DNA of 64,000 nt from Octopus bimaculoides (Eukaryota): assembly GCF_001194135.2 (NCBI RefSeq), contig NC_068990.1, positions 68,588,681 to 68,652,680 on the forward strand, in the 5' to 3' direction. The notes under the pieces are model-generated. The model was not told the origin of the DNA. It searched no databases and saw nothing but the letters and a program-made list of their open reading frames with translations. The translations under genes were made by a program, and so were the position numbers. Of the stretch, positions 53,451 to 64,000 are shown one piece after another; position 1 is the stretch's first letter, and the number at the start of each line of letters is the position of its first letter.

Positions 53451-55610
53451 GGTGTGTCAATATATGTATATATAGATGTATATATGCATAGATATATGTA
53501 TATACATACATACATACATACATAAACACATATTAGTAGACAGATGAAGTTTAAACGCAATAGCTGCGGAACCAGCTAAGGCTAATACAATTCTGTTATA
53601 AATAAATTTATAAATGAGCATTTAGAAAAAGAAGCTAACACTGCTAGGATTCCAACAGTGCATGCGTGTGTACATTTATATATGAGCATGTGAATGTATG
53701 TGTATTTGTGTTAGTATATGTGTTTCTATATGTTAATAGGCCTCATATAATTCAATGATACAAAAGAGATATAGGGCAGTGTGGTTGATATAAAAGATAC
53801 AAAGCCGTCATACTAATTAGTTCAGCGTAAATTGAGGTCGCGAGCAAAAGCACTAGTAAGACACGGATGTAGAACTGATGGACTGCACCGGCTTTATCAA
53901 TAAATCTTTGTTGAATACTTAAAAGGAACCCTTATACGCTGAACAGCAGAAGCAAAAAATAAAGAAGGAAAAACAGCATTTATAATGTATCAGTAATACG
54001 GAATGTACAATAGCTAAAGAGCCATATAATACTGCTATTAATGTCGTCACAATTCATTTGAAGAGCGCGTGCGAATGCGTGGGGGTAGGTGAATGAACGT
54101 AAAGGTATGCCATTGTAATAAATTCTTCTTACTGTTAAGTCCAAAATAACGTTAATAACAACAGAAACAACAACAGTAAAACATCTTCGAATGCTCCATA
54201 ATGGTGTGGTGTTATTTGCCAACACCAACCTCATGCTAAGTGATATTGGCAATATAGAATGTACGCGCTAGTGTGAAATATGAGCTGTTGGATGTGTTTT
54301 GTGTGCAGATAATAAAAGGACGGCGCCGTATGGAGCAACAGCAGAAAATAGATCACATTCACTGCTGGAAATGTTCTTCCTAGTTAGAAAATGAATTCTA
54401 CACAGACAGGCACGCATACACTCGCGCGCGTACGCAAACACACACACACTCACACACAAACACACACACAAACACACACACTGCTGAAACTAGTTCTTAA
54501 AAACGCAATTGCGTACATATACAGCGATATATTAAATATAGAAACATCTCTCTCTTTCTCATACGAATATTCATTCAATGTATACTTATACAATCACTTG
54601 AATACATACATACAATACACATACATAACGTGCGCACACACACACACAAATACACACAGACATACATGATGTGTGCGTGTGTGTGTGTGTGCGTGAGTAC
54701 AGAGCCTCAGAGGGAGGGAGAGACTAGGAGAAAGGGGGGAAATATAAAAGTGTTAGAGAAAAAAAGTGTGAGACAGAAACACACATAATGACATATTCAC
54801 ATCCATGCATTCAAACTCACACACACGCACATATTCCCAAACATCCACACACAAGCACACATACGAATATTCACACACATAGAGGCACAAATACAAATAA
54901 TACATTAGTTATCGCAGTTAAGTCTACACATACTTTGATCGTGACATGCACAATGAAACTATGTATACCAGCCAGTAAAGAGAAGAAAACGATAGATTCC
55001 TAAACACGTTTTCATGCTAACTTTGGGAAAATCTCGCCATTTTCTTTTCATATTATTTATTTTGTATTTGTATTTTATATATGTCCGTCTTAATATAATT
55101 TGTTCAGCTTTCTTTTATATTTCTTATCGGGTATTTTAGCAACTTAAAAATCATATTTTCTTTTTGTACCGCAATCAAGATATTGGGCAAAAGGCCAAAA
55201 GCTTGGCAATAGCGTTGTTACAAATATGTACGACGCTGAAAACATGTTTACATATTCAATTATGCTAAAAACAGCTTCGATGTACATGTACACATATGTA
55301 TGTGTCATAATATATACGTGAGTGTGGGTGTGTGGATGTGCGTGTGTCTGTGTGAGTGTGTGTGTACGTTAGAAATATCAATACAGAATAAGTTTATTAT
55401 TTGTGTTACAATTGTTTCAGTAGCACTCCGTTTCGAACCATTATATGCAGATGGTTATATATGCCTGAGACTAATCACTTAAAAAGTGTATAAATGTATT
55501 GAAAATAGAGCGAAATGACATCTCATCACAGATTTACCAAACTTTGCTATTAAACGTAATAGAAAATGGGGCAGGGTGTTTGCCCGACCAAACCAACATT
55601 TCCTGATATA

Positions 55611-55695
<85 letters not shown>

Positions 55696-55764
55696 CATAA
55701 AGTAATGTGTATATATAAATTATATATGTATATATATATATATTTGTGTGTGTGTATATATGTA

Positions 55765-55812
<48 letters not shown>

Positions 55813-55847
55813 NNNNNNNNNNGAGAGAGAGAGAGAGAGATAGATAT

Positions 55848-55906
<59 letters not shown>

Positions 55907-56486
55907 CATATATAAAAACAGACATGCATTATCGAACACATGCTCAATGCATGTACTTTACTTGTTTGCCTATCAGGCTGCGATTTGACGCGGCGAAAAT
56001 GACTCTCTCAAAGTGCCAGGTGTTAAAACACTTGAAAGTCGTAGACAGGCGAGACATATGTATGTATGTACGTTCATGCATACACGCATATATATATATA
56101 TATATATATATATACCTACCTACCCACACACCTACCTTCCTACATACATACAAAATACATACATACATACGTATATACATAAGGAAAGACGAACCGAGAC
56201 AGATAGACACACAGATATGTATGTGTGTGTGTGTGGAGATATGTTGATGTTATCTTTAGAAGGAAAATTTAACAGCATCTTCAAAGTTTTGCAGGTAATA
56301 AGCTTCATCAGACAATCTGGTGATACATATTATTGCCAAACCTCGGGATCACTGTCAACCTTACATTTGTAAAAAGAACTGCTACACTTTACGCAAATAT
56401 GTTTCTTCTTGCAGTTAATATTCCATTGTTTTTATTTGTGATGGTGCATAAAACGCGTACATATATATGTAGTTAGACAGACACAG

Positions 56487-56559
<73 letters not shown>

Positions 56560-56663
56560 AAGTGAGAGAAAGAAAGAGACAGACAGACAGAGACAGAAAC
56601 AGAGAGACAGAAACAGAGAGACAGGGACAGACAGATTGAAGGTAAAGATAAACACAAATAAGT

Positions 56664-56752
<89 letters not shown>

Positions 56753-57000
56753 AAGAAAGATAAAGAGACTAGAGTGATAGCTTAATATCCAGATTAATAA
56801 TGCTACTGAATTTCTTTATACACACCTGTTAGATATAGATAATGCTGCGGGTAGATATAAATAATTCTGCAGGTAGAGGCTCCCTATCTAAGTGTTAGAC
56901 AGCAATGTCAAAACAAATTCTAAAATACGTTACCCACTAAAGGCGAGAACAAATGTTATGCATGATATTCTAAATCAGGTGTTTCTTAATTCTTTTTCAG

Positions 57001-57057
57001 TCTTCAAAGCACTTTTGAGACAGAAAATATTGGTGAAAATTGATTGTAGATCACTAG
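57001..57057 (+). other. Candidate 57-nt exon (unknown gene)
   Basis: Acceptor gtttcttaattctttttcag and donor AG|GTAAGT; one open frame (phase 1-1) FKALLRQKILVKIDCRSL; no recognisable homology. Confidence 0.25.
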
Positions 57058-58015
57058 GTAAGTGGATATATAGTCACTAAAGGAAAATGCATTTCTAGAA
57101 TAAGACATTTCCCTAACAAATAATCACCCGTGATCCTATTATTTGTCAGTAGAAAAACGTTAACGTCTTCACCGAAAATATCCGTCATTGTTAAACATTC
57201 CACTGTTATTGTTACTGTTTTATACTTTGAAAGACGTTCTCACCTATCATGGATAATCCTTGAAAAACATTTGTCAACCATCGAATGGTAACTGTCTAAA
57301 TATCTGTCTATTTGATTCTGTTAAATCTAAATATACTGCGGTTGTAATTTATATCATGGCGGTGTTTTAATTGTTTCTATCTCATAAAAGAAATCACCCA
57401 TAGAAATGTACTTCAGAAATAACGAAGATTTAAAATCTTTACATCCAAACGATATCTCGACTTTCAACGACAACAACATCAAGTAGGATTGATTTTTTGT
57501 TCTTTGTTTTGTTTTGTTTTTGAGAAGGAAATGGAGTTAATTTTGAAGGTGGAGTGGAATATAAACGACTGAATCGACATCAAGATAAAACTTGTTCTTA
57601 TTTCATCGATAAAAATGAGATGAAAGATGCAGTTAACTCTGATTAACTCTGAACAATGAAGTATCGAACTGCATACAATAAATAAACCAATCTATCGTTT
57701 CTACCATCTCATCCGCTGTCCACATAACATTGTTTATGAAAAGTCAGACGTGTGCTTCATTTTTAAATTACACAAGCAACTAGAATTTCACTATTGACAA
57801 ACTACTTTTCATCTATCATTTCTGTTCTAATGAATTGAAAATTTAGTTTCGGCTTATGACACTCATATCGTATTGAAGAAGGAAACAAACAGAGACACCA
57901 AATAAACAATAACAAGAATTTGATTGGAATTCACAGAATTAAAATCTTTGAAATCATTGAATATTCACCATTCCGCATTTCTTTAAATCACTAACATTTG
58001 ATATTTTGGGAGCTT

Positions 58016-58156
58016 CTGGACACAACAGTTTAAAGGTCACTCAATGAATTGGAATGTGCCTGGACACAAGAGCAAAAGATCATTTCTTGTTCGTCATCTG
58101 TATAAAGGTCAGTTGATAATTTTAACTTGTCTGGACAAAAAACGTTTAAAAGGTCA
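58016..58156 (+). promoter_or_regulatory. Repeated CTGGACA...AAAGGTCA module (nuclear-receptor half-site cluster or ancient minisatellite)
   Basis: AAAGGTCA at 58032, 58104 and 58149; AAAGATCA at 58075; CTGGACA at 58016, 58060 and 58131. Confidence 0.35.
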
Positions 58157-59423
58157 CTTGATTTGATGTTTCCATATTTTCGAGGGTATATAAGATTGAT
58201 AAAGCTCTGTCTACTGAATATAAGATGAACCTACCTGCAACGTTTTATTCAGGTCTGTGAACTTTCTAAAAGCTGTTACAAATAATTGATTTATAAGTCA
58301 CACAAAAATCAAGGCAAGTTTTCAACTTTTAGTTGCTAGGAAGGAGTGGTCTTAAAATGTAAGCAACTCTATTTTAAGTTAAAATCCTTCCATTTTATAT
58401 TATTTTCGTGTATTTGCAGTGAAATTTAAATTTCTTTATCCCAACCGACATTACGGTACCTTAATTGAGTATAAACATATACAGCATCATATACAACGAG
58501 GGCTGTGCGTTTTCTTCCAGTCGTCTATACGAGGGTTGCACATTTTCTTCCAATCGTCTCAACAGTCTTATTCCCTTTATTCAGTTCTTCCAAAATACTA
58601 AACATAATTCTGTTTAATACGTAATGAATCGTTACAGATCAACACGAAATCAATTCATGGTATGGAACACTTGTAAACGTACTGAATATGTTTGATCTTT
58701 CAAACGCAAGTTAAGTTGCAAACAAGAAAACACGCGTTTTCAAGATTCCAAATTGGATCTGTGCATTCAATTAAAACGTGTCAGTTGCAAAGGTCAAAGA
58801 TCGTATGCACTTTAATCTTTGAAAACTAATGAAGAGAATGCGAACTCCATTCGCTACCCTAGCCTTACGTTACATTCCTTTTTCTTATTATTTTAAGAGA
58901 GAAATTTGAAATTTGATTTATGAAAATTCGTTTCTGGCGAGAAATTGTAACAAGATAGTGTTTTTATCTTTCTGCTTCACGGAAAGGCCAATATCAATTC
59001 CATCTTACTTTCATCAATATTTTTTTTTCATTTTTACTCTATTAAATTTTTTTGTTGTTTCTTTCTTCTTTTTGTTGAAATTTACTTCAACCCATCTGCA
59101 GATTGGCAATTTGTTTCATGCTCTTTTATCAACAAAAATCATTTCTACTAACTACTTATATGAAATGAAAATTTGAAAATTTAGGTTAAATTAATCAATA
59201 GCACGAGAAGTTTACCGCCCTAGCTAACATTTATAACAACGGCAACTGCAGAAAAAAAAAAGATATACAAGGTAAATTTTCAATAGCTGTTGTTAAATGA
59301 AGACATATTAAAGTAGCTTTACAGCTTCTTCTTGAAAACAATGAGTACAAACCCACTTTTTGCGCTGTATTTTGTTGTTCAATGTAGTGCTCAATGTATT
59401 GGGCTCTTGCTGCCAATAAAAGA

Positions 59424-59498
<75 letters not shown>

Positions 59499-59794
59499 TA
59501 TCGGTTAATGGTTACTAAAACAGGTACAACAAGGCTTCACTTTTAGGTACACACTCAAGCAACCTCAGTATTTCTCTGAAAATTACTTTTATTAACCCAG
59601 AGAGATGAAAAGTAAAAGTAAAAACAGGATTTGAACTCAGAATAAAATGTCTACTCTTAAATACCATTAGTGTTCTCCAGTAGCTCTACTGTTTCTGATT
59701 TAAGCAGATATATAATGATAACAAGGACAACAACAAGAGCAATGGTATTAATTGGAATAAGCAGGATATAACACCTGATAATACAAACAATAAC

Positions 59795-59980
59795 AACTGT
59801 GATTGGAGCATTAGAGTCTTTGACTAAATTAAATCCCGGGGAAACCTAACATTCACGAAATCAAGAAAATAGTGTTAAACAGTAGAGCTCACACATTAGT
59901 CCTTGTTATATTTTCAGAACATTTGGAGGTTATTTTTTGTAAAACTCCGCAGGACTGAAAGCTGGGTTGAACAATAATGA
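59795..59980 (+). mobile_element. Highly degenerate RLE LINE 3' end
   Basis: VIGALESLTK...IHEIKKIVLNSRAHTL, then an aacaataatgata tail. Confidence 0.5.
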
Positions 59981-60064
59981 TACTCTACAATACATGCCCT
60001 AGGTGACTAGTTGTCACTCGACAGGTACTTGTTATACTTCAAACAGCAGAAGAATAATGAAACT

Positions 60065-60208
60065 AATAATTCTTTTTACTTTAGGTACGAGTCCTGAAAT
60101 TTTGAGACAAGAGTAGATGATTATATCAACCCAAGTGCTCGATTGGAACTTATTTTTGTTGACTTGAAAGGCTGAGAGGCCTAGTCGACATCTACGGCAT
60201 TTGAATTC
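60065..60208 (-). mobile_element. SINE family A, degenerate
   Basis: ttctttttactttaggtacgagtcctgaaatttt...gaaaggctgagaggcctagtcgacatctacggcatttgaattc. Confidence 0.7.
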
Positions 60209-61654
60209 AAACCCTAAAGATCTGGAAAAGTTGTACATGAAAGAATTTGAAATGGTGAAGACACACCAGGTTAAGAAGTTTATGAAACTCAAAGGTCAGA
60301 GAATGAAGACTGAAATCCGTCACCCACCTGTGAAAGCAGTAATTAATGTAAGTAGCGGAGACCTAGAAAGTTCTGAAGAAGCAGTACTGAACAAAGGCCT
60401 CAACTTTGCGACAACCATCAAGCGTATTCCATACTTGGACATAATAGTCCCTATTGAAGAGATATCCGTAAATAGGGAGCTCAGGGAGATGAACTAAGGT
60501 GGAAAGTGAGACAGGTACTAGAAAAAACAAAACCTCCTAAACCAAACATCACTAAGGAAGAATAGTTCGCTATCAAGACTACAGAGTGACAATTCCATCA
60601 TAATACTTCCAGCAGACAAGGAAAATGCTACAGTGGTGATGAACACATCTGACTATTCTGAAAAGTTGGCAAGTCTTATAAGTGATAGTAGCGACAGCAA
60701 AGTAAAAAAAGACCCTACTTTGAAAACAGAGAGGAAGTTGTCACAAATCTTGATCAAGAATAAGGATCACTTTACACCAATGAAGTACAGACAATTTACT
60801 CAACACTACAGTAAACTACCACATATGTACGGTCTTCCTAAGATCCACAAGGATGGTATTCCATTAAGACCTATAGTGACCTGTAGAGGTTCAGCATGTC
60901 ATCCACTGAGCCGCTGTCTACCTTATGTGAAAAGCCTCTCCGAAAAGATACAAAAGATATGCGGCCCATATGACATCAGGACAGTATTCAAGAGTAATAC
61001 AACACTTCGCAAATATCTCCTTCGAGTAAAACCACCAATAGAAGAGAATATGACTAAGAACTGCGTGTACTCCATCCCATGCAGCTGTGGCGAAACATGC
61101 TTCCACTTCAAAATAAGGGTAGAGGAACATTGCAAAGCTGTGACACAAGGAGATATTGATAAATCGAGTATAGCTGATCATGTATGGAAAAATGGAGACC
61201 ACCTTCTTCTGTGGGATGAAGTTAAAATAATAGACAGAGAATACCATTGGAAAATACGAAACCTAAAAGAAGCAGCACATATGCTAGGACACAACAACCT
61301 CCTAAGCAGATCGAATGCAGATATGAACAGCATATGGGAACCGGTATTAAGGAAACACAGAAAAATATTAGATTTATAAGACCTAAAATTCACTCCAGAA
61401 TTGCCCACGGGCATATGGCGTAGTGGTTAAGAGCGTGGTCTATTAACCCAACGATTTCGAGTTCGATCCCAAGCAGTGACCTGAACACTAATAATGATAA
61501 TAACATCGAAAAATACCTTTGGCTCGAAATTTCCCCAAAACACCTGGAGGATATATCAGCCGAAACATTATGTTAACAACAAAGTAGTTGAGGACAAATA
61601 TCCGTCGTATGTAAATAATGTACATAATTCCTCATCTCTTAAATATAGAACTGT
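60209..61654 (+). mobile_element. Penelope-like element (Poseidon-like), RT core deleted
   Basis: VLNKGLNFA, IIILPADKENATVVM, MYGLPKIHKDGIPLRPIV joined in frame to CLPYVKSLSEKIQKIC...CVYSIPCSCG...RVEEH...SSIADHVW...WDEVKII...RNLKEA. No YxDD motif is present. Confidence 0.92.
61409..61481 (+). promoter_or_regulatory. tRNA-like Pol III promoter cassette within the PLE 3' region
   Basis: A box TGGCGTAGTGG (61416-61426) and B box GAGTTCGATCCC (61459-61470) at tRNA-like spacing, 30 nt after the ORF stop. Confidence 0.65.
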
Positions 61655-61679
61655 ATTCAGGCCGTAAAACCGGAAAAAA

Positions 61680-62945
61680 CGCAGGTAAATATTTTGTCTA
61701 AAGATTATAACAATTCTGCCAGCTCACCGCCTTAAATAAATAGTTATTATTCTAATTTGGGCTCAAAAAGCAGAAATATTTTGAGAGAAGGGGCTTAGTT
61801 AATTACATTAATCATAGTACTCTATGAACATAATGGTTTCTATAGGCACAAAGCAAACAATTTTTAAGGAAAGGGTAAGTCGATTGCATTGAGTCTGGTG
61901 CTCAACTACAACGTTATCTTAGCAACGCCGAAGGATGAAGGGGAATGTTGACCGCGGTGGAATTTGAACTCAGAACGTAAAGACGGGCAAAATGCTGCCA
62001 AGCATTTTGTCTGCTGTGCTCACAATTCTACCAGCTTACCACCTTCTTGATGAAGATAATAATGTTTTTCTCTATAGGCACAATGTGTTGAATTTTGATG
62101 GGAGGGGGCTAGACGATTACATGCTCCCGAGTGCTTTATTGGTACTTTATTTTATCGAGTTTTGAAGGATGAAAAGCAAAGTGGACGTCAGCGGAATTTG
62201 AACTCCGGACATGAAACCCGAAGAAATGCAGCTAAAAATTTTGTCTGACATACTTATACAGAATGAGATAAGATTCATAATATCAAACTTTCTTTCAAGA
62301 AGCACAGCCCGCAACATTGGTTAAAGGAAGTTCTTATTATGCACTACCTAGGAAAAAAAGACGAAATGATCCCAACTTCAATGCTTATGAACATATACCT
62401 GGAGAAGTAGGGTTGACCGACATTAGATAATATTAACATCCTTCTAACAACATATAATGGGTTCATATTTATATGAATTTAGCTGAAAGTAGAGTGGCTA
62501 ATAAAATTTAAGTTGAAAATGAAATAAAAAATTACTTAAATTCCTTCCTGTTTGTAATAAACAACCAATATTGATTTCGAATTTTAGCTCAAGGCCAACA
62601 ATTTCGAAATGAGGAAAAGCAAAAATCGACCACGATGGTGTTTGAACTAAAAAAAAGGACGAAATGCCGCAAAACATTTTGCCCGGTGCGCTAACGATTC
62701 TACCAGCTCGCCGCCTTAGAAGTAATATTGGTCTCAAATTTTGGTACAAAAGCAGCAAGTTCGAGGGGGCGTGTAAGTCGATTACATCGACCCCAGTGTT
62801 CAACTGGTACTTATTTTATAGACCCCGGAAGAATGAAAGGCAAAAGTCGACCCCTACAATATTTGAACACAGAACGTAAAGGTGGACGAAATGCTGCTAA
62901 ACATTTTTCCCAGCGTGCTAAAGATTCTGCCAGCTCGCTACCTTA
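61680..62945 (-). mobile_element. Cluster of about 5-6 co-oriented older SINE family A copies and fragments
   Basis: Recurrent taggcacaa...tcgatt.cat...gatgaaa.gcaaagt.gac...atttgaactc...gccagctcgccgcctt at about 61690, 61750, 61838, 62065, 62580 and 62725. Confidence 0.85.
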
Positions 62946-62960
62946 GAAGACTGGCAATAT

Positions 62961-63173
62961 TCTTTTCTACTCTAGGCACAAGGCCCGAAATTTTGGGGGA
63001 GGGGCCAGTCGATTAGATCGACCCAGTACGCAACTGGTACTTAATTTATCGATCTGGAAAGGATAAAAGGCAAAGTCGACCTCGGCGGAATTTGAACTCA
63101 GAACATAAAGACAGACGAAATACCGCTAAGCATTTCACCCGGCGTGTTAACGTTTCCACCAGCTCACCACGTT
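62961..63173 (-). mobile_element. Young full-length SINE family A with target-site duplication
   Basis: A box (ggtgagctggtggaaacgttaa) and B box (gagttcaaattcc) on the minus strand; (tt)agaagactggcaatat repeated at 62943-62960 and 63172-63189. Confidence 0.95.
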
Positions 63174-63966
63174 AGAAGACTGGCAATATGAATATCTTGA
63201 GGTAAGTGATTTGGCATAGAAGAGCCGTTTAGATAAGATTTAAATTTCACTAAATGGCAGAGTTAGTCAATGTGGTAAGTGAGCAAATTCTTTTACTTTA
63301 TTTAAAATGTATTGAATAACTTGGCAATGAAATTTTTTTTAAATATGATTATCTGTATTGAAGCTGAATACTGGGTTCACAACGTAAAAAAATATAGGCT
63401 GAAAATTCCTAAAGATATCGAGAAGATAGAAACTTAAAATGAAATATATGTTAACAGAAAACTTGGCTTCACTTGACAAGAATGATACTGAAGACTGAAA
63501 AGCGTTTTATTTTATACTGATATTTCGTGTTTACAGATATGTGTGTATGAGTGTGTGTTCGCTCGCGTGCGCATTCCGTGCGCGAACGTACGTTTGTTTT
63601 ATGGCTAAAACACATTCGGTATTGGCAATACTTGCAGTTGTCGAAAATAACTTGGAATATGCATGTTCAACCACCAGGATATAGGAAATTTTTAAATCAA
63701 AAATCCATTTCATAGATTTTGCAGTCGATTCAGAACCATGCACTGACGTTCAGAATGCCGAATAAGCAAACACTTGCTATAATGCTTCAGGCATTTCTTA
63801 CCATTTTTAGCAGAAAGAAGAAAAAAATATTAAAAGATATTGTTTCAATACATATAAAAGCTGTTAGTTCAGTGAGTTCACTGAATCTCGACCTTACCAT
63901 CAATCTAATAAAAAATAGGAATCACATATACATATATATATGTGTGTATGCATTATTCATGCATTT

Positions 63967-64000
<34 letters not shown>

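Noticed and set aside
53820-53944. 10-bp inverted repeat gttcagcgta/tacgctgaac
   Set aside because: No TSD or second copy in the window; too short to call a MITE.
58496-58560. 33-bp tandem pair starting acgaggg
   Set aside because: Looks like duplicated mariner-type TIR stubs, with no further structure.
59200-59270. Strong minus-strand acceptor (ttttttttttctgcag)
   Set aside because: All three downstream frames stop within 30 nt and there is no good donor.

Overview
This is an AT-rich, microsatellite-saturated animal genomic window from a gapped short-read assembly. The repeat families look like octopod (Octopus-like) ones; that assignment comes from recalled repeats, not a database search. 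I found no intact host protein-coding gene, and nearly all listed ORFs are microsatellite or N-gap artefacts. Supported content: (i) eight pieces of restriction-like-endonuclease (R4/Dong-type) LINEs from several families, mostly sitting in (AAT)n tracts and twice arranged head-to-tail, plus one with an (ACAT)n tail; (ii) Penelope-like elements (PLEs): a Neptune-like GIY-YIG remnant and a Poseidon-like copy whose RT core is deleted in frame, followed by a tRNA-like Pol III cassette and a hammerhead-like remnant; (iii) more than 30 pieces of three tRNA-derived SINE families, with a strand bias and a pile-up at 61.7-63.2 kb; (iv) mariner, DD37D/maT-like, hAT-like and CR1 remnants and a 1.7-kb long-inverted-repeat element. 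The best leads are the tRNA+ribozyme-like PLE terminus, a pre-miRNA-like hairpin at 32.4 kb, the microsatellite-targeted LINE trains, a clustered AAAGGTCA module, a convergent CTCF-like pair and weak plus-strand exon candidates. All are hypotheses needing computation or expression data. Coordinates were read by hand, and degenerate boundaries are approximate.
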